Both the position numbers and the translations under genes were made by a program. Positions 27,312-35,982 of a DNA stretch of 64,000 bases are shown in pieces (positions within the stretch are counted from its first letter, which is position 1; each line of letters begins with the position of its first letter). The notes beneath the pieces were generated by a model that worked only from the letters and a program-made list of their open reading frames with translations, was not told where the DNA came from and ran no database searches. This DNA is from Bdellovibrionales bacterium (GTDB taxonomy: Bacteria; Bdellovibrionota; Bdellovibrionia; Bdellovibrionales; JAGQZY01): assembly GCA_019750295.1 (NCBI GenBank), contig JAIEOS010000048.1, positions 2,469-66,468 of the forward strand, read 5' to 3'.

Positions 27312-27731
27312 ATGTTTGAACTCAAGTCCGAATCCGTCATCCGTCCTTACGAAGCCATCATTTTAATGGATCCTAATACTTCTGAAGATGAGCAAAAGTC
27401 TCTTTTTCAAAAGAACAAAAAGACTATCGAAAGCTTTAAGGGACAAATGCACAACGTTGATACTTGGGGCACTCGCAAACTTGCCAATAACATCGATAAA
27501 TTGACTCGCGCGGTTTACTTCCACTGCACATTCACAGCGGGACCTGATGCGATCAACGAGCTTGAGCGTACAATGCGCATTAACGACAAAGTTCTTCGCT
27601 TTATGCACACTCGTCTTCCTGACACGACAGAGCTCAACAGCTACCTTACAAAATTTAAAGAAGCGTTGATCGAACGCAAAGAGCGTGACGCAAAACGAGC
27701 TCTTGCTAAAGCTAAAAAACCAATGCGCTAG
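27312..27731 (+). CDS. rpsF: 30S ribosomal protein S6 (with basic C-terminal tail)
   Basis: RPYEAIILMDPNTSEDE...VDTWGTRKLAN...YFHCTF pattern typical of bS6. Confidence 0.93.
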   Translation: MFELKSESVIRPYEAIILMDPNTSEDEQKSLFQKNKKTIESFKGQMHNVDTWGTRKLANNIDKLTRAVYFHCTFTAGPDAINELERTMRINDKVLRFMHTRLPDTTELNSYLTKFKEALIERKERDAKRALAKAKKPMR

Positions 27732-27757
27732 TCGCGCATTTCGGTTGAGGAAGTCTC

Positions 27758-28633
27758 GTGCCCACTAAAAAGACCGTAGGCCTTTTTGTATTTGGTTCGC
27801 TCATGGTGACAGCGCTGACATCCAGCTTTGTCCTGTTAGCTCCATTGGCCGCGCGGTTTCTACGATTGCAGTTTGGGCGTTGGCCTTATTGGCTTTTTGC
27901 GACGAGTTCGTCGCTGGCGCTGTTAGCGTTTGTTCCCCAGTGGGCATTCTATCAAGCGGTTGTACTTTTACTCGTGGGAATTTTTGCGGATCTTGAAGAG
28001 CACAAGTTCCCCCTGTTTTACACCGCGATTTCGTCAGTTTCGCTCACCGTTTTAAGTTTACTTTTAATGTTAACAGCATGGGCGAAGTACAAACAGACGA
28101 CGCTCATTCCGTTTCTCAAGCAGCACATTAATAACTCATTGGAGATGGCGCAGAAGTTACCCAACTTCGATATGAAGGCTGTGGATGTTCAACAGATCAT
28201 TCTTTTGGTTCCTGCGATCACATCCATCGGTCTTATGATCTTAGTATTTTTAAGCATCGTCTTTGTAAAGCCACAGACAAAGTCCCAACGACTGACAGAA
28301 TTCCGAGTGCCTGATCATGTCATTTGGGCCCTGATCTTATCCACGGCGGGAGTTTTTCTCTTAAAAACGCCAGAGTACATTACAGCACAGAAGATCTGTC
28401 TGAATACCCTGTATGTGGTTGTGGCTGGATATTATTTTCAGGGTTTATCTATCGTAGGATTCTTTTTTAATAAAATGCGGATCAATTATTTTTTGAAAGC
28501 CGGCCTGTTTTTCATCCTTGGCGTGCACCTTTTTGTGTTTATCGTCGGGTTAGGCTTGTCAGATCTCTGGTTTAATTATAGATCAAGATGGTACAAAAAA
28601 GAAGTTGTGAACCGCCCTTCAGAGGAGCCATAA
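27758..28633 (+). CDS. Polytopic membrane protein, possibly YybS/DUF2232-like (called by position only)
   Basis: 291 aa, about 8 hydrophobic helices, GTG start. Sits immediately upstream of rplI, as yybS does in Firmicutes. Family assignment is by context, not by motif. Confidence 0.7.
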   Translation: MPTKKTVGLFVFGSLMVTALTSSFVLLAPLAARFLRLQFGRWPYWLFATSSSLALLAFVPQWAFYQAVVLLLVGIFADLEEHKFPLFYTAISSVSLTVLSLLLMLTAWAKYKQTTLIPFLKQHINNSLEMAQKLPNFDMKAVDVQQIILLVPAITSIGLMILVFLSIVFVKPQTKSQRLTEFRVPDHVIWALILSTAGVFLLKTPEYITAQKICLNTLYVVVAGYYFQGLSIVGFFFNKMRINYFLKAGLFFILGVHLFVFIVGLGLSDLWFNYRSRWYKKEVVNRPSEEP

Positions 28634-28634
28634 A

Positions 28635-29093
28635 ATGAAAGTCGTTTTAAAGAAAGAAGTGAGAGATTTAGGCCGAACTGGTGATCTCGTTAACGTTAAG
28701 GAAGGTTATGCCCGTAATTTTCTTTTCCCTCGCAATTTGGCAGTTGTCGCCACCGAAGGGAACGTCAAAGAGCTTGAGCACTGGAAGCGCGTTACTGATG
28801 CTCGCAAAGCCACTGAAAAGAAAGAAAAGGCTCAGCTTTTAGATACCGTTAAAAAGACAACGGTCACTTTCAAAATGGCAGCGGGAGAAAAAGATAAACT
28901 CTTTGGATCTGTGACCTCTAAAGACATCGCGGATCAACTCGCAAAACAAGGCTACTCGATCGATAAAAAAGATATTTCTATCCCTGAGCCTATTAAGGTT
29001 TTGGGACAGCACAAAGCTCTCATCAAGTTCGCCGAAGATCTCCAAGCAGAGATCGCAGTTTCTGTCGAGCGCACTGAAGAAGCTAAGGCTTAA
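28635..29093 (+). CDS. rplI: 50S ribosomal protein L9
   Basis: MKVVLKKEVRDLGRTGDLVNVKEGYARNFLFPRNLA is the canonical bL9 N-domain. Confidence 0.96.
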   Translation: MKVVLKKEVRDLGRTGDLVNVKEGYARNFLFPRNLAVVATEGNVKELEHWKRVTDARKATEKKEKAQLLDTVKKTTVTFKMAAGEKDKLFGSVTSKDIADQLAKQGYSIDKKDISIPEPIKVLGQHKALIKFAEDLQAEIAVSVERTEEAKA

Positions 29094-29119
29094 GTTATCG
29101 TCCGTCCCAACTATCCATA

Positions 29120-29146
29120 GTCATCCTGAGCGAAAGCGAAGGATCT
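29120..29146 (+). repeat. GTCATCCTGAGCGAAAGCGAAGGATC motif copy (GA-bulged GAAA-tetraloop hairpin)
   Basis: Stem ATCCT/AGGAT, tandem G.A, stem GC/GC, loop GAAA (29123-29144). A near-identical copy lies at 44167-44194 (-); degenerate copies at 2307-2363. Confidence 0.75.
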
Positions 29147-29178
29147 CAAAAAAGGCAGCTCGTGAGGCTGCCTTTTTT
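29146..29178. terminator. Bidirectional rho-independent terminator (rplI versus convergent HExxH gene)
   Basis: AAAAAAGGCAGC-tcgtgag-GCTGCCTTTTTT. Confidence 0.8.
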
Positions 29179-29201
29179 ATCTTAATCTTTAGGAAATTGG
29201 T

Positions 29202-30521
29202 CTACTCAAGGTCAATGACGTTACTGAGAGCGCCAGGATCAGTCCTGCGCTCAAGCACTGGCAACATTCGATGAAAATGAACGAGCTGTCGAATTCGACT
29301 TTTCAAAATCTTTCGAAGATCATTTTTGAGTCTCTCCGAGGTTAAAGGAATAGGTTCTAAATAAGGAATTTCGATCACCGCTTTTGAAAGAGTCATTGTC
29401 ACCTTGCTTCCAGTCACGACGACTTGGAGTGGAGAGACAGAGGTCTCGATTTGCTCTAAGGCCTCATTGAGCCACTTGAGCTGGATCAAAAACCGCCGAG
29501 CTTCGACCAGGGATTTTGCGGGATTCAATTCAAAATACGATTCAAGTCCGTAGGCCTCGACCTCATCGGAGCGGAAATAGGATTGATAGATCTTAGGTAA
29601 GATGTCGCTCAAGATGTCCCCGGAGTTTCGAGGACGAAATTCGATCATTCGCCCGTTATCGATGAGATCGGGGTTGCTGGCACGGTAACGCGCCCATCGC
29701 GCCCCCGTGGATCCATGAACAATTTCGTGGACGATCACACGCACTCCCTCGGGGGAGAGCCATTGGGATTCGGTGGAGGATAAATAATCGTTGCGGAGAA
29801 CGATGCGTCTCCCCCGAGCGTAACCCGCCGCATGTTCTAATGTTTTATCGATAAGACCGTCCGAAAACGTAAAGCTTAAATCCCAGCGTTTTTGCCGGCG
29901 GCCCAATAAACGCAAGAGCGGATCTTGCGAGTTTTCAGAAACTCTCTCGATCGATAAGATCAGGACATCGCCTTGAGGCATCAACAGGATTTCTCCTCCC
30001 AAAGACTCAATCCGACGAGCGTGTTCCAAGGCGTCTTTTATAATTCCTAATTTAGAGTAAAGAAGTTGATGATTGAGAAGAAGCTCCACTGGAATTTTGA
30101 GATTTGTCAGCTGATTTCCATTCGTAATTGTAGGTGTAATCTGCTGGCGAGCATGATCGGGCTCAGACGCATTAAAACGATTTTGGAATAACAACTCTAC
30201 GCCCCACTGCTCTTGAAAATTCCTCAGCAAACGGGCGGTGGGAGAATCCCACCGGCTAAACATCGAAAATCGAATTTGGCCGACGGCGTTTCGATCCTTG
30301 GCTTCACCGTGACCCACAAAAAGACGATGGCGGGCAAGAGTTTCTCGGAGCTCAAAAGGTGAAATCACATAATGGAATCCGGCCGAGGGATACTTGGTGA
30401 ATAAGTCCACGCATCGAGACTGGGCGGGGGCATTTTCTGCAATCAATGTAAAGACTGCCATGACTGGCAAAAGACTCAACACAAGTCTCTGGTAGAAACC
30501 AATAAACCAACGCGTTTTCAT
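29202..30521 (-). CDS. Hypothetical exported protein with HExxH zinc-metalloprotease motif
   Basis: 439 aa. N-terminal signal/anchor (LVLSLLPVMAVFTLIAENAPA/QS). VIVHEIVHG plus a downstream SDEVEAYGLE as possible third ligand. 36 nt downstream of dnaB on the same strand. Confidence 0.7.
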   Translation of the reverse strand: MKTRWFIGFYQRLVLSLLPVMAVFTLIAENAPAQSRCVDLFTKYPSAGFHYVISPFELRETLARHRLFVGHGEAKDRNAVGQIRFSMFSRWDSPTARLLRNFQEQWGVELLFQNRFNASEPDHARQQITPTITNGNQLTNLKIPVELLLNHQLLYSKLGIIKDALEHARRIESLGGEILLMPQGDVLILSIERVSENSQDPLLRLLGRRQKRWDLSFTFSDGLIDKTLEHAAGYARGRRIVLRNDYLSSTESQWLSPEGVRVIVHEIVHGSTGARWARYRASNPDLIDNGRMIEFRPRNSGDILSDILPKIYQSYFRSDEVEAYGLESYFELNPAKSLVEARRFLIQLKWLNEALEQIETSVSPLQVVVTGSKVTMTLSKAVIEIPYLEPIPLTSERLKNDLRKILKSRIRQLVHFHRMLPVLERRTDPGALSNVIDLE

Positions 30522-30557
30522 ATGGCCGGAGAGGGATGCAATCCCTCCGCCAGAAAA

Positions 30558-32015
30558 TTAAGGATTAGAATTGGACCCCGGGGCCCAGTTTCTGACTTTA
30601 CCGCCCGACGGTGGGTTGTTTCCCGGGCCGGGTCTGCCGCCGCCAGCGCCGTAAGGAGAAGAGTTGTCAGGTGGAATATACGGCTCGTCTTGCCATTCTG
30701 TAAAATGACCGTGAGCTGCTTGCCACTTGAGTTTCACATCGCCGACCGGACCGTTCCTGTGTTTACGAATGAGAAGATCCGCTTGGCCTTTGATATCTTG
30801 ATTTTCAGGATCGTAATACTCTTCGCGATAAAGCATCATAATCAAGTCTGCATCTTGTTCGATGGAGCCTGATTCCCGCAGATCCGAAAGCACCGGCTTC
30901 TTCATATCTCCCTGACGACCTTCCACGCCCCGGTTGAGCTGAGCGAGGGCGATCACAGGAATGCGTAATTCTTTGGCAATACTTTTCAAACTCTTCGAAA
31001 TCTCGGCAACGACCCGTTCACGGCTTTCGTTACGACCAGGGAGACCCATAATCTGTAAGTAATCGATGACGATCATGTCTAAGCCCAATTGGGTCTTTAA
31101 ACGACGAGCCTTGGATCGGATTTCGTAAGGAGAGATCGAGCTGGTGTCATCGATGTAAAGTTGCGTGTCGGCCAGTGCAGAGGCTTTATCGATCAATCGC
31201 GGCCAGTCAGAGTCTCTGATGCGACCGACTCGGAGATCCGACATATTCACCTGCGCCTCAGACGCCAACATTCTCATCATTAACTGCTCGCGCGCCATCT
31301 CCACCGAGAAGTACGCAACGCTCTTCTTTTCTTTGAGGGCGGCGTGAAGCGCAATGTTCAAGCTAAACGCTGTTTTTCCCATCGACGGACGAGCCGCGAC
31401 GATGACCAAATCGCCGGGCTGGAATCCCGCCGTCATCCGATCGAGTGTGGCAAATCCCGACGAGATTCCCGTGATCTCCTGCTGACGACTGGCCAGTTCG
31501 GTGATGCGATCAATACTGATCTTAATGAGCTCAGAGGCGCTCATGAGATTATTTTTGGTATCTTTTTGCTCCGTAATTTTAAAAATCTTGGCTTCCACAG
31601 AATCGACGAAGAGATCGAGGGACTCGTAGGACTGCTCGTAAGCCTGAGTCATGATCTCGGCGTTGGCATTAATGAGCTTCCTTAAAAGGGACTTTTCCTT
31701 AACGATTGTGGCATATCCTCGAATATTGATCGCCGCTGGGACTTGGTTGAGGATCTCGGCCAGTGCGCTGGCGCCACCGATGGAGTCCAATTCTTTCTTT
31801 ATCGAGAGATGGTTGGACACCGTAATAATATCGACCGGCTGGCTCTTCGCCTGGAGCTCTTGCACCGCCTGATAGATTTTTTGATGAGCTAACTTGTAGA
31901 AATCTTCGGGGCCGAGGATGTCAGAGACGACATCGTAAGTTTCCGGCTCGACGAGAATACCGCCAATAATCGATACTTCTGCTTCTAAATTATGTGGCGG
32001 CACCTTGAGATTCAT
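30558..32015 (-). CDS. dnaB: Replicative DNA helicase DnaB with Gly/Pro-rich C-terminal tail
   Basis: PPHNLEAEVSIIGGIL N-domain, Walker A ARPSMGKTAF, IVIDYLQ, RNGPVG. ATG 32015 (GGGGA SD) preferred over TTG 32027. Confidence 0.96.
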   Translation of the reverse strand: MNLKVPPHNLEAEVSIIGGILVEPETYDVVSDILGPEDFYKLAHQKIYQAVQELQAKSQPVDIITVSNHLSIKKELDSIGGASALAEILNQVPAAINIRGYATIVKEKSLLRKLINANAEIMTQAYEQSYESLDLFVDSVEAKIFKITEQKDTKNNLMSASELIKISIDRITELASRQQEITGISSGFATLDRMTAGFQPGDLVIVAARPSMGKTAFSLNIALHAALKEKKSVAYFSVEMAREQLMMRMLASEAQVNMSDLRVGRIRDSDWPRLIDKASALADTQLYIDDTSSISPYEIRSKARRLKTQLGLDMIVIDYLQIMGLPGRNESRERVVAEISKSLKSIAKELRIPVIALAQLNRGVEGRQGDMKKPVLSDLRESGSIEQDADLIMMLYREEYYDPENQDIKGQADLLIRKHRNGPVGDVKLKWQAAHGHFTEWQDEPYIPPDNSSPYGAGGGRPGPGNNPPSGGKVRNWAPGSNSNP

Positions 32016-32081
32016 TTGATTCCCCAAAAAGTAATAATTTGCGAGGCTGATCTAGATGCCGTATTCGAACTCGCTGATGAA

Positions 32082-32378
32082 TTAACTAAGGATGTTTTTT
32101 ACATCTATCTTATATGTGTCGATTTTTTTCTTAAGCGTGTTGCGGTTAATACCCAAAAGACGAGCGGTCTTTACTTGGTTTCCGCGATTTTGTCTTAAAG
32201 ACAGCTCGATCAATGGCTTTTCAACTTGCTCAAGGATGATCTTGTGTAAGTCGTTAAGTTCAACATCAGCCTCTTTTTGTTGGCGAAAAAGTATTTCGAG
32301 TTTGCTTTTAACTAAACTTTCCAAGCTCACAGCTTGAAGGTTTGCAACTAAAAGATTTTCTGAGTGATTTAATTCCAT
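32082..32378 (-). CDS. Fis-family helix-turn-helix DNA-binding protein
   Basis: C-terminal RGNQVKTARLLGINRNTLKKKI is a Fis-type HTH. ATG 32378 (MELNHSEN) preferred over TTG 32393. Confidence 0.8.
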   Translation of the reverse strand: MELNHSENLLVANLQAVSLESLVKSKLEILFRQQKEADVELNDLHKIILEQVEKPLIELSLRQNRGNQVKTARLLGINRNTLKKKIDTYKIDVKNILS

Positions 32379-32681
32379 GCGTCCCGTCCCCAAAAGATTA
32401 AGGTTTCTCTGAATTTTTAAAACAGAAGAAACTTTTAAAGTTTAAGTGCCCTACATATCAATAAAAAAATTTTGTTTTTCCGGTGCGTAATAAAAAAACA
32501 GGACCAAAAGCGGTGAAAACATAATTTTCGCCTCATTTAAAATTAGGAATGGCATTTTTTGGGGTTGACTTAAGTTCAGTCGAGGATTTGAGGACGGGCG
32601 ATCATAAAAATATTCAGTAACTAAGTCGAGCCTCGCGACTCACTCATTCCCTTTCGCGCAAAGCCTTCCTAAAATATATAA

Positions 32682-35045
32682 ATGAAGACATCACAGGTTC
32701 GATCACTCGTCGTTGGTATTTCTTTTTTTGCATCTGCGCTATTTATTGCGCTTTCTCTTTGGAGCTACAATCCAGAGGATCCCTCACTCAATTCGATTGG
32801 ACATCGCCAAACCGCAACTAATGTTTGCGGTCTGTTTGGCAGCTTCCTCTCGGACATGGCGCTTCAGCTGTTCGGAATTACTGCCTGGGCCGGTGTGGCG
32901 ATTTTATTTTATTTTGGCTGGCAGAGTGTGCGCGCAAAGCCGCTCTCACAGCTCGAGAGAGGGATTTGGGGAGCCGCATTTATTTTAGTTTCGGCGAGTT
33001 TGTTGTCGCTGCATTTTAGCAACACCTTATTTTTTAAAAATCAAATTTATATCGGCGGAGTGATTGGGCACTTTCTCCAATTTCAACTGCGTCGTTTATT
33101 TAATGACGTGGGCGTCGCGTTGATTTTGTGGACGGGTTTTCTCATACTGATCTCGATTGCGTTCCATAGCCAGATGCTTCAGCTCAAAGATACCTCCGAG
33201 GATTATTTTGTTCCGCTTTTGAAAGCGGCGTGGAAAAAAATAAAGTCTTTCCGCTTCCAAGCGCCGGAACGCAAGGCTCAGATGGTGATCCATCGACAAG
33301 AGGCTCCAGCGCAGAATGCTAAACTCCGTGCGGCAGACATCGCTTCCGCGAAAGTTGCGTCGCCGGTCGTCGAAGACATGGACGCCGATGAGGAGGAGAT
33401 CACCGAGGACGACGCGGAAGATCTCGAAGTCATGGACACCGCAGAAGCCGGTCCGAGTGCGCCTGAGCCGCTCAAGCGTCGCAAGGTCGATCTCAAGCGG
33501 AAAATCCAAAGACGAATTGCCAACTGGAAACTCCCAGAGCTGGGCATGCTCGAGGACCCTCCCGAAACGCGTTATCGCGTGGATGAAAAAGAAATTAAAA
33601 CCAAGTCCACCCTTCTTATGGACAAGTTGGGTCAATTCTCCGTGAAGGGCGAAGTGAAGGGGGCCAAGCCAGGTCCCGCCGTCACTCTATTTGAATTTAA
33701 ACCTAACGCTGATGTGAAAATCAGTAAGATCACAGAGCTCGCGGATGATTTATCATTAGCGTTGAGCAGTGAGTCGGTTCGTATTATTGCGCCCATTCCC
33801 GGTCGGGATGTGGTGGGAATTGAAACTTCAAACAGTCACCGCGAGACGGTCTACTTAAAGGACGTCATTGCCCTTGATGAATTCTGGGCGGATGACATGA
33901 AATTACCGATGGCTCTCGGTCGTCAAGCCGACGGTGTCCCCAAAGTTGTCGACCTTAGAAAAATGCCTCACTTGCTTGTGGCGGGGACAACGGGCTCCGG
34001 AAAATCGGTTTTTGTGGTGTGTGCCCTCACGGGACTTCTGTTTAAGCACTCTCCGGAAACACTCCGATTGATCTTAGTGGATCCTAAGCAAGTGGATCTT
34101 GCCGCGTTTGCAAACGTGCCTCATCTCTTGTTGCCGCTCGTCTCGGATGCGAAGAAAGCGGTGAATGCGCTGAACTGGGCCGTGCGCGAAATGGAAAAAC
34201 GCTATCGCTCGATGGCCAAATTTGGAGCCCGCGGTATCGAAGCCTTTAACGAGAAAGTCGCTGCACTTCCGAAAGACCAACAAGAGATGCACGAAGCGCA
34301 GAATCAAGCGACCGAAAAGCTCATTGAGTCTTATTACTACACGCCTCAGCCCTATATCGTTATCGTGGTCGAAGAATTTGGCGACTTAATGTCAGTTGAT
34401 AAGGTGAATGTGGAGCAAGCGGTGGTCCGTTTGGCTCAAATGGCGCGAGCCAGTGGAATCCATTTACTCCTCGCGATGCAGAGTCCGCGGAAGGATGTGG
34501 TCACGGGATTAATCAAAACAAATATTCCGGGCCGTATTAGTTTTAAAGTGGCGAGTAAAATGGACTCGCGAATTATTCTTGATGATTCGGGAGCTGAGCG
34601 CCTTCTTGCGCGCGGGGATATGTTGTTTCTCGCGCCTGGGGTGGCCAAGCCCGAGCGTCATCACGGTCCTTGGGTGACCGAAGACGAGATCTCCGAAGTG
34701 ATGAAGTACTGGTGTGATCAGGGCGAGCCTGAGTACGACGAAATCGCCATGCGCGCCATTACTCGTGAAGCCTTTGCATCAGCTCCGGGTGAAGGTGGCG
34801 AATTTGATGTGGGAGAATTCGAAGAAGATCACGATGAACGTTATGACGAAATTTTAGCCTGGGTCTCCGGTTTAAAAACCGTCAGCGCGTCTCTGATCCA
34901 AAGGAAATTCCGCCTCGGTTATCCCCGAGCCGCCCGTGTGATTGAGTACCTCGAGCGAGAAAACGTGGTTGGCCCAGCCAATGGTAGCAAGCCGCGCGAA
35001 GTTCTGGTACGCTCGTACGACAATGATCGTGACAAAGAAGCATAA
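32682..35045 (+). CDS. ftsK: DNA translocase FtsK
   Basis: 4 N-terminal TM helices, acidic linker, motor domain (GTTGSGKSV Walker A, VVEEFGDL), gamma winged-helix (SASLIQRKFRLGYPRAARVIEYLE). Confidence 0.96.
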   Translation: MKTSQVRSLVVGISFFASALFIALSLWSYNPEDPSLNSIGHRQTATNVCGLFGSFLSDMALQLFGITAWAGVAILFYFGWQSVRAKPLSQLERGIWGAAFILVSASLLSLHFSNTLFFKNQIYIGGVIGHFLQFQLRRLFNDVGVALILWTGFLILISIAFHSQMLQLKDTSEDYFVPLLKAAWKKIKSFRFQAPERKAQMVIHRQEAPAQNAKLRAADIASAKVASPVVEDMDADEEEITEDDAEDLEVMDTAEAGPSAPEPLKRRKVDLKRKIQRRIANWKLPELGMLEDPPETRYRVDEKEIKTKSTLLMDKLGQFSVKGEVKGAKPGPAVTLFEFKPNADVKISKITELADDLSLALSSESVRIIAPIPGRDVVGIETSNSHRETVYLKDVIALDEFWADDMKLPMALGRQADGVPKVVDLRKMPHLLVAGTTGSGKSVFVVCALTGLLFKHSPETLRLILVDPKQVDLAAFANVPHLLLPLVSDAKKAVNALNWAVREMEKRYRSMAKFGARGIEAFNEKVAALPKDQQEMHEAQNQATEKLIESYYYTPQPYIVIVVEEFGDLMSVDKVNVEQAVVRLAQMARASGIHLLLAMQSPRKDVVTGLIKTNIPGRISFKVASKMDSRIILDDSGAERLLARGDMLFLAPGVAKPERHHGPWVTEDEISEVMKYWCDQGEPEYDEIAMRAITREAFASAPGEGGEFDVGEFEEDHDERYDEILAWVSGLKTVSASLIQRKFRLGYPRAARVIEYLERENVVGPANGSKPREVLVRSYDNDRDKEA

Positions 35046-35049
35046 GAAC

Positions 35050-35168
35050 GCGCGCTCTAAAATTTCCGAACTCTTCGTTGCTCGGTCGGCCTGCTTGTGC
35101 GGCGTACTGGTCGTACGCCTCCGCGCCGGCCTCGCTCGCGCCTCGATTTCGAAAATTTTAGAGCGCGC
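35050..35168. repeat. 119-bp palindromic element: 21-bp AT-rich arms (1 mismatch) around a GC-rich core with a central hairpin
   Basis: GCGCGCTCTAAAATTTCCGAA (35050-70) pairs with TTCGAAAATTTTAGAGCGCGC (35148-68). Central GGCGTAC-tggtc-GTACGCC at 35101-35119. Starts 5 nt after the ftsK stop. Confidence 0.8.
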
Positions 35169-35223
35169 TTTAGTTCTATTGGTATCTTGCGGTACTTTTG
35201 GGGTTTGTTTTGAGGCTTGGGGG

Positions 35224-35982
35224 GTGGAGGCGAAGCCTTCTTTGAAGGTGGTGAAGGAGCTGATCGGGCGGCGAAAGATCGCCGAGGCTTCGGAGCTTTT
35301 GCGTCTTCATGGGAAAGAGTGGATTCGTACCGCCCAACAGCGGCAAGATGTGAATCAATGGATGAGTGTGTTTGTCACCGATGAAGGCTTGGGACTTTTT
35401 GAAAAAGCTGTGGAAAAGTTAGATAGCGACAACGAAGCGGCTATCAATTATCTGGAAAAAGCGATGGCGCTTGAACCTTATAACCGATTGGTCTCCACGT
35501 TTTTAATTAGCCGCCTCATGAACCCCAAAGAAGTTCGTGCTCGGGAAATATTAGAACTTAAACTGTCGCAACAACCCTACCTTTCGATTTTTCAACTTTA
35601 CAAGGTTCACCTCGAGCTTTTGGCAAAGGGTTCTCCGGCAACAATGAGCCCCATTCCCAAGTGTGAAGCTCAACTTTACGATTCCAATGAAATGGATTAT
35701 TGCCACCTGCTTCAGATGATGTGGTGGGTGAAGCAGACACCCAAGGGAAAATCCAATGGGGCGCAGGCGGCAAAAGTTATTAAAAATTATTCACAGCAAA
35801 TCAAAAATCCAGAGGCGTTCTATTGGTTATGGCAATGGAGCGGGCATAAAGAAGACTTAAAAAATTATCTTTCCAAGTGCCAGGGGCTTTCCACCAAGGA
35901 CAAAAAGGCGTATGGTGGGATTCCTGGAGTTTGCTTTCAACAGAAGATGGCGTTGGAGCAGCTAGATGCGGCGGAAGAATGA
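35224..35982 (+). CDS. Hypothetical TPR-like protein (start uncertain)
   Basis: Clean ORF ending at 35982 (ATGA-coupled to the next gene). The long form from 34942 overlaps ftsK and runs through the palindrome. GTG 35224 has a GAGG SD; ATT 35146 or TTG 35179 would add an LVSC lipobox-like segment. Confidence 0.6.
   Translation: MEAKPSLKVVKELIGRRKIAEASELLRLHGKEWIRTAQQRQDVNQWMSVFVTDEGLGLFEKAVEKLDSDNEAAINYLEKAMALEPYNRLVSTFLISRLMNPKEVRAREILELKLSQQPYLSIFQLYKVHLELLAKGSPATMSPIPKCEAQLYDSNEMDYCHLLQMMWWVKQTPKGKSNGAQAAKVIKNYSQQIKNPEAFYWLWQWSGHKEDLKNYLSKCQGLSTKDKKAYGGIPGVCFQQKMALEQLDAAEE

Noticed and set aside
32394-32681. 288-bp AT-rich intergenic region flanked by fis-like/dnaB and ftsK, considered as a replication origin or dif site.
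   Set aside because: I found no cluster of DnaA-box-like 9-mers (TTATCCACA family) and no dif-like 28-mer. It is most simply a divergent promoter region.
34942-35223. Long N-terminal extension of the 35982-ending gene (ORF-track start 34942, or ATG 35023).
   Set aside because: It would overlap the ftsK 3' end by 23-104 nt and translate the 119-bp palindromic element. A start after the palindrome is more plausible, though an ATT/TTG start giving an LVSC lipobox cannot be excluded.
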